From Candidatus Latescibacterota bacterium (lineage in GTDB: Bacteria; Latescibacterota; UBA2968; UBA8231), in contig CBDFJF010000001.1 in assembly GCA_965248265.1 (NCBI GenBank), forward strand, positions 2,624,001 through 2,688,000: a stretch of 64,000 bases of DNA, given 5' to 3'. Of the stretch, positions 56,362 through 64,000 are shown one piece after another (position 1 is the stretch's first letter; each line of letters starts with the position of its first letter). The translations under genes were made by a program, and so were the position numbers. Under the pieces are notes generated by a model. That model was not told where the DNA came from. It saw nothing but the letters and a program-made list of their open reading frames with translations, and searched no databases.

Positions 56362-57567
56362 TTGGGGCACAGTGAGTTAAGGATCGACGAGGAGCGTCAG
56401 ATTTCCGAGAAGCGGCGGATCGACGGGCAGGGTCGGACCGACGAGACCGGGTCGAGGCCAGCTGTCGGATCGACCGAAGATTGCGGTTACATGAGACGCG
56501 CGCTGCGACTTGCGGAGCGTGGACGTCGTCATGTGAGTCCGAATCCGATGGTGGGTGCAGTTCTCGTTCGAGATGGAGAAATCGTCGGCGAGGGTGCACA
56601 CCTGAAGGTCGGCGGTCCCCATGCAGAAGCGCATGCCATTGCGGCCGCCGGCACTCGGGCAAGCGAGGCGACACTGTATGTGACGCTGGAACCGTGCGCC
56701 CATCATGGACGTACTCCACCCTGCGCGGAGGCTCTCATCAACGCGGGCGTTCATCGCGTCGTCTGCGCCATTCATGATCCGGATGAGCGTGTCAATGGCA
56801 GGGGCTTTCAGCTACTGGCTGACGCGGGAATCGAGGTGGAGACCGGTGTGTTGGCGGCTGAAGCTGCGCGTCAGAATTCGGCCTACCTGAAACATCGGCG
56901 GACGGGACTGCCACACGTCACGCTGAAGCTCGGACAGAGCCTCGACGGCATCATCGCCACCCGTACCGGAGCCAGCCGCTGGATTACCTCCGAGCGTTCA
57001 CGGCGGCATGCCCACAGGATTCGAGCACAGGTTGATGCCATCGTGGTCGGGGCCGGTACGGTCACGGCCGATGACCCTCGACTCGATGTCCGCCATGTGC
57101 GCGGGCCCGATCCCCAGGTGTTCGTCGTTGACGGCAAGTTGAGCACGTCACCGGACGCCTGCGTGTTCAGGGAGCGCGATGCCATCCTGCTCACGGCGAA
57201 ATCTGCTCCCGGCGACCGCCTCGAAGAATTTCGCCGCGCTCAAGTAGAGGTGTGGTCGTTTGATCATATTGACGGCGTAATCGACCTGCGCGCTGTCACT
57301 GCCAGGGCTGCGCAGCACGGTGTGATGTCCATGCTCATCGAAGGAGGTCGTACCCTGGCCGCCGCCGCTTTACGTGATCGCATCGTCGACGAACTCTGCG
57401 TCTACGTCGCCCCCTGCCTCATCGGTGACGGCATCGGATCGATCGGCGACCTCGAAGTTGACGAACTCGCCCAGGCAATTCAGCTCGAGCAGATCCGCAC
57501 CCGTCGTTTGGGGTCGGATCTACTCTACACTGCTACTGTGAGGTACTCGTGTTCACGGGAATCGTAG
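56362..57567 (+). CDS. ribD: Bifunctional riboflavin deaminase/reductase (start uncertain, 56362-56491)
   Basis: PNPMVG, HAE, TLEPCAH.GRTPPC, SLDG, IEGG. Confidence 0.95.
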   Translation: MGHSELRIDEERQISEKRRIDGQGRTDETGSRPAVGSTEDCGYMRRALRLAERGRRHVSPNPMVGAVLVRDGEIVGEGAHLKVGGPHAEAHAIAAAGTRASEATLYVTLEPCAHHGRTPPCAEALINAGVHRVVCAIHDPDERVNGRGFQLLADAGIEVETGVLAAEAARQNSAYLKHRRTGLPHVTLKLGQSLDGIIATRTGASRWITSERSRRHAHRIRAQVDAIVVGAGTVTADDPRLDVRHVRGPDPQVFVVDGKLSTSPDACVFRERDAILLTAKSAPGDRLEEFRRAQVEVWSFDHIDGVIDLRAVTARAAQHGVMSMLIEGGRTLAAAALRDRIVDELCVYVAPCLIGDGIGSIGDLEVDELAQAIQLEQIRTRRLGSDLLYTATVRYSCSRES

Positions 57568-58202
57568 AGGAGTTGGGAACCGTCAGCCGCGTGCAGCGGA
57601 AGGGCGATCTTCAGATCAGCGAGATATCGGCTGAGCGGATCATGACGGACCTGCATGAGGGTGACAGCATCAACGTGGATGGCGCCTGCCAGACCGTAAC
57701 CGAATTCGCCAACACCGGGTTCACGATCGTTTCCGTCGAGGAAACACTGCGGCTGACGACGCTGGGCAGTCTGCGCTCGGGCGATCGGGTGAACCTGGAA
57801 CGCTCATTGCGGCTCCAGGACCGCATGGGGGGTCATATCGTCCTCGGCCACGTGGATGGGGTCGGCACGATCCTCCATTTGGGGCCGGGGGAGCGTGACT
57901 CAACCTTGTTGCAAGTGGCTCTTCCACCCCCGTTGAGACGCTATGTCGCACTCAAGGGATCGGTATGTGTTCAGGGCATCAGCCTGACGGTTTCGGCCGT
58001 CGACGCCGATTCCTTTACCGTCGCTATCATACCGTATACATTACAACATACGAACCTGCACTCGGCTGTGAGTGGGGACCGTGTCAACCTCGAAGTCGAC
58101 CTGATCGCCCGCTACGTGGAACGTCTGATGAGCCCGGATGCACCTCCCCCGCCACAGGCAAGCCAGATCACTACGGATCGACTCGATGAGATGGGATACT
58201 GA
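57549..58202 (+). CDS. ribE: Riboflavin synthase (alpha chain)
   Basis: MFTGIVE, VNLER, GGH.V.GHVD, VNLEVD. Confidence 0.95.
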   Translation: MFTGIVEELGTVSRVQRKGDLQISEISAERIMTDLHEGDSINVDGACQTVTEFANTGFTIVSVEETLRLTTLGSLRSGDRVNLERSLRLQDRMGGHIVLGHVDGVGTILHLGPGERDSTLLQVALPPPLRRYVALKGSVCVQGISLTVSAVDADSFTVAIIPYTLQHTNLHSAVSGDRVNLEVDLIARYVERLMSPDAPPPPQASQITTDRLDEMGY

Positions 58203-59461
58203 TGCCTGACTTCAACACTGTCGAAGAGGCCATAGAGGAGCTCCAGTCCGGTCGCATGATCGTGCTGGTAGACGAGCGCGGCCAGGACGTTGACGGCAGT
58301 GAACTCGTCGGCGAGGGTGAGCTGATGATGGTGGCCGAAAGCTGCGATGCTGAAAGGCTCAATTTCATGTCGCGGCATGCCGGCGGCCCGCTCTACGTGA
58401 CGGCGGCAAGAGAACGGCTGGAAAGCCTTGGATTGGAGGCGGCCGGCGGTGGGCCCGGTCCGAGGGGGGCTGCTATGATGGCTTCCCTAAACGCCGTGGA
58501 TGTCAAGGGCACCGGAGTTTCCGCGCAGGACCGGGCATTGACGATCTCCAGACTGGTTGACCCGGAACGAGGCCCTGGGGATTTCGTGCATCCCGGCCAC
58601 ATAACACCACTGCAGGCACAGCCCGGAGGCGTGCTTCGCCGCGCCGGTCACACCGAGGCCTCCGTGGATCTGGCACGCATGGCCGACTGTGCGCCGGTTG
58701 CGCTGATAGCCGCCATCCTGGACGAAAAAGGCGAGGTTGCGGCCACGCCCTACCTGCTCGATTTCGCCGATGAGCACGGCTTCAAGATCGTCACCATCAG
58801 TGATCTGATCGCCCACCGTCGACGAACGGAGAAGCTGATCACGCTGGAGGCCCGGGCAACGCTGCCGACGCGCCACGGCGAGTTCATGACCTACGCTTAC
58901 CGCAGCGTCATCGACGGCATGCCCTACCTTGCCCTGGTCATGGGCGACGTGGAGGACGGTGAAGACACCCTGGTACGCATGCACTCCTGCTGCATAACCG
59001 GGGACGCGCTGGGATCCTTTCTCTGCGATTGCGGCGAACAGTTGGAGCGCTCACTGGAAATGATCGCCGCGGCTGGTCGCGGAGTCGTCGTCTACATTCA
59101 GCACCATGAGGGCAGGGGCATAGGGATCATTCACAAACTAAAGGCCTACGAGTTGCAACAGAATGAGGGCCTGGACACGGTGGAGGCTAATCGAGCTCTA
59201 GGACTGCCCGACGATGCACGGGATTACGGAATCGGTGCTCAGGTGCTCTACGACCTCGGGTTGCGCCGGGTCAGATTCCTGACGAACAACCCAAAAAAGC
59301 GGGTCGGAATGGAAGGCTATGGACTCACCGTGGTCGAGCAGGTGCCGATAATGGCATCGCCCAATCCGCACAACATCCGCTACCTGCGGACCAAACGGGA
59401 CAAGATGGGCCATACCACATTGCTGGCTTCTGAGGAGACGCGTGATGCAGAAAGTGCATGA
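58202..59461 (+). CDS. ribBA: RibBA fusion: degenerate DHBP synthase domain + GTP cyclohydrolase II
   Basis: PGH and RRAGHTE in the N-domain; RMHS.C.TGD..CDC, EGRGIG, DARDY and TNNP in the C-domain. Confidence 0.9.
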   Translation: MPDFNTVEEAIEELQSGRMIVLVDERGQDVDGSELVGEGELMMVAESCDAERLNFMSRHAGGPLYVTAARERLESLGLEAAGGGPGPRGAAMMASLNAVDVKGTGVSAQDRALTISRLVDPERGPGDFVHPGHITPLQAQPGGVLRRAGHTEASVDLARMADCAPVALIAAILDEKGEVAATPYLLDFADEHGFKIVTISDLIAHRRRTEKLITLEARATLPTRHGEFMTYAYRSVIDGMPYLALVMGDVEDGEDTLVRMHSCCITGDALGSFLCDCGEQLERSLEMIAAAGRGVVVYIQHHEGRGIGIIHKLKAYELQQNEGLDTVEANRALGLPDDARDYGIGAQVLYDLGLRRVRFLTNNPKKRVGMEGYGLTVVEQVPIMASPNPHNIRYLRTKRDKMGHTTLLASEETRDAESA

Positions 59462-59912
59462 AGGCAACTTGAGCGCGGGTGGACGCCGATTCGCCATCGC
59501 CGTCAGCCGCTTCAATGGAATGGTTACCGCCAAGTTGCTCGAAGGTGCCCTCGATTGCCTGCGACGTCACGGCTGCGCTGATGACGATATCGAAATCGCC
59601 TGGGTTCCCGGTTCCTTCGAGCTGCCGCTGGCAGCGCAGAAACTGGCTGGCAGCGGCCGTTTTGACGTCGTGGTCTGCCTCGGGGCGATCATCCGCTCGG
59701 CAACACCACACTTCGATTTTGTCGCCGCCGAAACGGCCAAGGGCATCAGCAGCGTCGGACTCAATTCGGGTATTCCCGTGACCTTCGGAGTCATCACCAC
59801 CGACAACCTTGAGCAGGCGCTGGAACGAGCCGGCACCACGGCGGGTAACCGCGGCTGGGACGCTGCCCTCAATGCCATTGAAATGGCCAATCTGGTGAAG
59901 GAGCTCTCCTGA
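59445..59912 (+). CDS. ribH: 6,7-dimethyl-8-ribityllumazine synthase
   Basis: [33 protein letters not shown]. Confidence 0.96.
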   Translation: MQKVHEGNLSAGGRRFAIAVSRFNGMVTAKLLEGALDCLRRHGCADDDIEIAWVPGSFELPLAAQKLAGSGRFDVVVCLGAIIRSATPHFDFVAAETAKGISSVGLNSGIPVTFGVITTDNLEQALERAGTTAGNRGWDAALNAIEMANLVKELS

Positions 59913-60472
59913 TTCCGGACGGTCCCGACCTGCCTGCCGGCGCCGGTGATTCCCTCCACGCCGACCTCGATCTTGCCATCCCCGAGGAGGGATGGCTCGA
60001 GCCCGACCTACCCGACACTCGTCGTGGCGCCAGGCAGCTGGCGCTCCAGGCACTTTACTGGGAAAGTTCGACTGCCGGTACCGCCGAGGAGGCGATTGAC
60101 AAGCTGAGTTCCCGTCACAGCCTGTCCCCGGACAACGTGGAGTTCGCCACCCGGCTTGCCACCACGGTCCGCGCCAACAGCACTCAGATCGACGCCCTGA
60201 TCAACTCCTCGGCCTCCCACTGGCGCACCGACCGAATCGCCCGACTCGACGGCATTTTGCTGAGGCTGGGACTTGCCGAGATACTCTATTTTGAGGAGAT
60301 CCCGGCAACCGTGTCTATCGATGAGGCGGTATCTCTGGCCCGGCAGTACTGTGGCGAACAGGCCTACGCCTTCGTCAACGGTGTGCTTGACGCGGTCGCC
60401 AAGAATCCGGCGGTCGCCAAGAATCCAGCGGTCGCCGGGAACCAGACGGAGATCACCAACCCTCCAGCTTGA
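59909..60472 (+). CDS. nusB: Transcription antitermination factor NusB (probable CTG start)
   Basis: [13 protein letters not shown] lies in frame upstream of the ORF-track start; W...RI...[18 protein letters not shown]. Confidence 0.9.
   Translation: MIPDGPDLPAGAGDSLHADLDLAIPEEGWLEPDLPDTRRGARQLALQALYWESSTAGTAEEAIDKLSSRHSLSPDNVEFATRLATTVRANSTQIDALINSSASHWRTDRIARLDGILLRLGLAEILYFEEIPATVSIDEAVSLARQYCGEQAYAFVNGVLDAVAKNPAVAKNPAVAGNQTEITNPPA
60392..60445 (+). repeat. 18-bp in-frame tandem repeat x3 ([18 protein letters not shown]) in the nusB tail
   Basis: GCGGTCGCCAAGAATCC(G/A) twice plus a degenerate third copy. Confidence 0.85.
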
Positions 60473-60500
60473 TGCTGAGGGCACCGCAACGCGCCGAGCC

Positions 60501-61229
60501 GTGCGCACCCTCATCCTATCCGACATCCACGGCAATCTCGAGGCCTTCGAAGCCATGCGTACGGCGGGCGCAGAGCTTGGTGTGGAACGTTGGATTTTCC
60601 TCGGTGACGTGGTTGGCTATGGCGCCGATCCTCAGGCCTGCCTCTCCCTGATGCGCCTCCTCGGTGAATGCTCGATAAAGGGAAACCACGACGCAGCAGT
60701 GGCTGGTCAGGAGAATCTGGCCTATTTTAATGCGTTTGCCCGCGAAGCCGTCCAGTGGACGAAGTCCCGGCTGTCCGAAGAGGACCTCGAATACCTGGGC
60801 CGCTTGCCGTTGACGCTGGAGTCGGAGGACAATCTTTTCGTTCATTCCGAGCCATCGAACCCCGGTGCTTGGGGTTACGTCAACGATGTGCACGACGCCG
60901 ATGCGGCGCTTAATGGGACGACGGCACGCCGCTGTTTCGTCGGTCACACTCACTGCGCTTTCGCCTACTGTCGCGACAGCACCCGCACGGAAATCTTGGC
61001 GGCAAGCGGTGTCGTTCACATGAGGGCGAATCGTCGGTACCTCATCAATGTGGGCAGTGTGGGACAACCACGGGATGGTGACCCGCGGGCCTGCGGTGTA
61101 TTCCTCGATGAGGATCGGGATCTTTTTGAGTTTCTCCGCATCGAATACGATATCGCTGCGGCGCAGAGCAAGATCGAGGCGGCTGGACTACCCTCGTTTC
61201 TGGCCGAACGTCTGCAGTTTGGACAATAA
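60501..61229 (+). CDS. Metallophosphoesterase (calcineurin-like)
   Basis: SDIHGN, GDVVGYG, GNHD, GHTH, NVGSVGQPRDG. Confidence 0.92.
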   Translation: MRTLILSDIHGNLEAFEAMRTAGAELGVERWIFLGDVVGYGADPQACLSLMRLLGECSIKGNHDAAVAGQENLAYFNAFAREAVQWTKSRLSEEDLEYLGRLPLTLESEDNLFVHSEPSNPGAWGYVNDVHDADAALNGTTARRCFVGHTHCAFAYCRDSTRTEILAASGVVHMRANRRYLINVGSVGQPRDGDPRACGVFLDEDRDLFEFLRIEYDIAAAQSKIEAAGLPSFLAERLQFGQ

Positions 61230-61247
61230 GGACGACCACCAGCTAAC

Positions 61248-64000
61248 ATGACCCAGTTATTCAAGAAGCTTTTCGGCTCACAGTCCGACCGCGCATTCAA
61301 CCGCGCCACGGATCTGCTTTCGCAGGTGAATCATTTCGCCGACCAGTTCAGCGAATTGTCCGATGATCAGCTACTGGCCAAAACGCGTCTTTTCCGCGAG
61401 CGGATAGCCGATCAGACTGGCGATAGCACGGCACGCGCAGAGGAGCTCGACGCACAGCTCAGAGGCGATCTCGAAGCCGACGAACGTGACCGCCTCAACG
61501 GCGAATACGACGATCTTCGCGCTCAAATCCGGGACCGGGAAAATGCCCTGCTTGACGAGATCATGCCCGAGGCTTTCGGCCTCGTAAAGCAGGCTTGCCA
61601 TCGCCTCGTGGGCCGCTCCTGGGAGGTCGTCGGGGGTCGCGAAGAGTGGTTCATGATTCCATACGACGTGCAGATTTTTGGCGCCTCCGTGCTGCATCAG
61701 GGCAAGATCGCCGAGATGGCCACCGGTGAGGGCAAGACGCTGGTGGCAACCCTGCCATTGTACCTGAACGCGCTCACCGGGCGGGGCGTGCATCTGATCA
61801 CGCACAACAACTACCTCGCAAAACGCGACGCCATGTGGATGGGGGCGATCTACAACTTCCTCGGCCTATCCGTTGGCGTAATCCAGGACAAGCGCCAGAC
61901 CGGTGGGGCCGAGGCCTACATACTCCCGGTTCCGGATGGGCCGCCCGATGACTTCGTCTGGAACGAAGCCACCCGGCGGGAGGCCTATGCTGCCGACGTC
62001 GTCTACGCGACCAAGGATCAAGTTGGCTTCGATTACCTGTACGACAACATGGCGACGCGACGCCAGGACATCTCGCAGCGCCAATACAACTTCGCCATTG
62101 TCGATGAGGCGGACAGCAACCTCATAGACGACGCCCGCACACCACTGATAATCTCAGGACCAGTCCCTGAGGCTACCAACCGCTACAACGAATTCAAGCC
62201 GCTGGTGGAAAGACTCCTCCGCGCCCAGACCTCTCTCCTCAACAAGATCATCGCCGACGCCGAGAAAACTCGCCAGAGCGACCAGCAGGAAGATGAGTAC
62301 GCCCTCGGCATCGAGTTGCTCAGGGCCACGCGCGGAGCGCCGAAGAACCGCCGCCTTCTCAAGATTCTGCAGGAGGAAGGCGTCAAACGCCTGATCTCCC
62401 GTGTGGAGGCCGACTACATGCGGGACAAGCGGTTGGGGGAAATTGACGAGTCCCTGTTCTACACTGTCGACGAGAAAGGGCACACCCTCGATCTGGCGGA
62501 CAAGGGCCGGGATCTGCTCTCTCCGGACGAACAGGCCCTGTTCATCCTGCCCGACCTCAGCGAGGATATCGAGGCCATCCGCCAGGATGACGAGCTGAAC
62601 GACGAAGAAAAGCGCACCAGCGAAGAGGCCGCCTATCGCGATCACGCCAAGCGTACGGAGGCCGTCCACAACATCAATCAGCTCATGCGCGCTTATACAT
62701 TATTCGAGAAAGACGTGCAGTACCTGGTGACCGAGGACAAAAAGGTCGTCATCGTCGACGAGAGCACGGGACGTCCCCAACCGGGACGCCGCTTCGCCGA
62801 CGGACTGCACCAGGCTCTCGAGGCCAAGGAGGGGGTCAAGGTCGAGCAGGAAACGCAGACCGTGGCCACGGTCACCCTGCAAAACCTCTTCCGCATGTAT
62901 GACAAGCTGGCAGGCATGACCGGAACGGCCGAGACGGAAGCCCATGAATTGTGGGAGATTTACAAACTCGATGTCGTCGTCGTACCGACCAACCGTCCGA
63001 TCCGCCGCGTCGATCTCGAGGATCAGATCTTCCGCACCAAGCGCGAGAAATACAACGCCATCATCGAAGAGATCGAGCGGTTGCACGGCATGGACCTGCC
63101 CATCCTGGTCGGAACGGTATCGGTCGAAGTGTCCGAGTTGCTTAGCCGCATGTTGAAGGGCAAGGGCATCGTGCACCAGCTGCTGAACGCGCGCTACCAT
63201 GAGAAAGAGGCGCAGATCATCAGCGAGGCAGGACAGCCGGCAGCCGTCACCATCGCCACCAACATGGCTGGCAGAGGCACGGATATAAAGCTGGATCCCA
63301 GCGTCATCCACGTCGACCGAGCCGTCGTCGAGTCGGACTTGAGTCTGGACGACCACGTCGACGGCATGGTCCTGCGCGACCAGCTGGAGGAGAAACCGAG
63401 CGGACTGCAGGTAATAGGCACGGAGCGCCACGAAGCCCGTCGCATCGACCGCCAGCTGCGCGGCCGCGCCGGGCGCCAGGGTGATCCGGGTTCTTCCCGC
63501 TTTTTCCTGTCGCTCGAGGATGACCTGATGCGTCTGTTCGGCTCCGAACGGATCGCCTCGGTCATGGATCGCCTCGGTGCTGAAGAGGGCGAAGTCATCG
63601 AACACAGCATGGTCACCCGCAGCATCGAACGGGCGCAGAAGAAGGTCGAGACGCGCAACTTCGAAATGCGCAAGCATCTGCTGGAGTATGACGACGTGAT
63701 GAACCAGCAACGACAGGTCATCTACGACCGCCGGCGCGACCTGCTGGAACAGGATTCGGTCCGCGATCAGGTCCGCGACATGATCGAAGAGACGGTGGAT
63801 GAACTCATGGTCGGTCGCGTGCACTCCGACAGCCACCCGGAACAGTGGTTGTGGGAAGACCTCACGGCCGATTTCGGCAGCACCTTCTACGCCAGCTTTC
63901 CCGACGATGTGGAAGAGCGGGCCAGAGCGACCATGGAGTCCGTCCGCGAGCAACTGATGGATGCAGCCCTTGAAGCCTACGAGTTGCGCCTTAGCATGGT
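61248..64000 (+). CDS. secA: Preprotein translocase ATPase SecA (3' end beyond the window; not in the ORF track)
   Basis: Manual translation: MTQLFKKLFGS..., EMATGEGKT, ARTPLIISG, GLHQALEAKE, GMTGTA, ATNMAGRGTDI, QLRGRAGRQGDPG. Confidence 0.96.
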   Translation, partial: MTQLFKKLFGSQSDRAFNRATDLLSQVNHFADQFSELSDDQLLAKTRLFRERIADQTGDSTARAEELDAQLRGDLEADERDRLNGEYDDLRAQIRDRENALLDEIMPEAFGLVKQACHRLVGRSWEVVGGREEWFMIPYDVQIFGASVLHQGKIAEMATGEGKTLVATLPLYLNALTGRGVHLITHNNYLAKRDAMWMGAIYNFLGLSVGVIQDKRQTGGAEAYILPVPDGPPDDFVWNEATRREAYAADVVYATKDQVGFDYLYDNMATRRQDISQRQYNFAIVDEADSNLIDDARTPLIISGPVPEATNRYNEFKPLVERLLRAQTSLLNKIIADAEKTRQSDQQEDEYALGIELLRATRGAPKNRRLLKILQEEGVKRLISRVEADYMRDKRLGEIDESLFYTVDEKGHTLDLADKGRDLLSPDEQALFILPDLSEDIEAIRQDDELNDEEKRTSEEAAYRDHAKRTEAVHNINQLMRAYTLFEKDVQYLVTEDKKVVIVDESTGRPQPGRRFADGLHQALEAKEGVKVEQETQTVATVTLQNLFRMYDKLAGMTGTAETEAHELWEIYKLDVVVVPTNRPIRRVDLEDQIFRTKREKYNAIIEEIERLHGMDLPILVGTVSVEVSELLSRMLKGKGIVHQLLNARYHEKEAQIISEAGQPAAVTIATNMAGRGTDIKLDPSVIHVDRAVVESDLSLDDHVDGMVLRDQLEEKPSGLQVIGTERHEARRIDRQLRGRAGRQGDPGSSRFFLSLEDDLMRLFGSERIASVMDRLGAEEGEVIEHSMVTRSIERAQKKVETRNFEMRKHLLEYDDVMNQQRQVIYDRRRDLLEQDSVRDQVRDMIEETVDELMVGRVHSDSHPEQWLWEDLTADFGSTFYASFPDDVEERARATMESVREQLMDAALEAYELRLSM

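Noticed and set aside
56340-56490. FMN riboswitch upstream of ribD (GGGCAGGGT resembles the RFN 5' motif)
   Set aside because: The other RFN blocks (GAAATTCCCGACCGGCGGT, AGTCCGGATG) are absent and the region is an open frame with ribD; an Infernal RF00050 search would settle it.
62700-63953. 417-aa antisense ORF, and many other long overlapping ORFs in the track
   Set aside because: Shadow ORFs opposite or within well-supported genes (here secA), expected from GC-rich codon bias, with no recognisable motifs.

Overview
GC-rich chromosomal window from a diderm bacterium. The long SecA with an N-terminal insertion and the gene content suggest the FCB/Latescibacterota-Gemmatimonadota neighbourhood (inference only). 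It is mostly housekeeping: hisG-hisD-hisB, rdgB, guaB, acnA, pdxST, ino1, dusB, uppS-cdsA-rseP-queG, ftsY, ribD-ribE-ribBA-ribH-nusB, partial secA and one tRNA-Glu. It also carries surface-glycan genes (sulfotransferase, two Wzx flippases, YfhO-like and PMT/TPR GT-C enzymes, two GT4s) and an LpoB/COG3014 envelope cluster. I found no integrase, transposase, prophage or CRISPR-cas. I cannot claim one definitive new system. The best leads are: (1) an ExeA-like ATPase + degenerate HD-GYP + ftsY operon; (2) a RibBA whose DHBP-synthase half looks catalytically dead; (3) a 96-bp element of palindromic 26-bp repeats bounded by inverted repeats; (4) an ino1-LysR divergon with a perfect operator; (5) an unannotated 32-aa membrane peptide in a YtxH operon; (6) CTG-start and leaderless genes; (7) a plant-TIP-like aquaporin beside arsC; (8) unusual substitutions in near-invariant SecA and UppS motifs. 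All motif comparisons were made by eye against remembered consensus sequences, with no database search.
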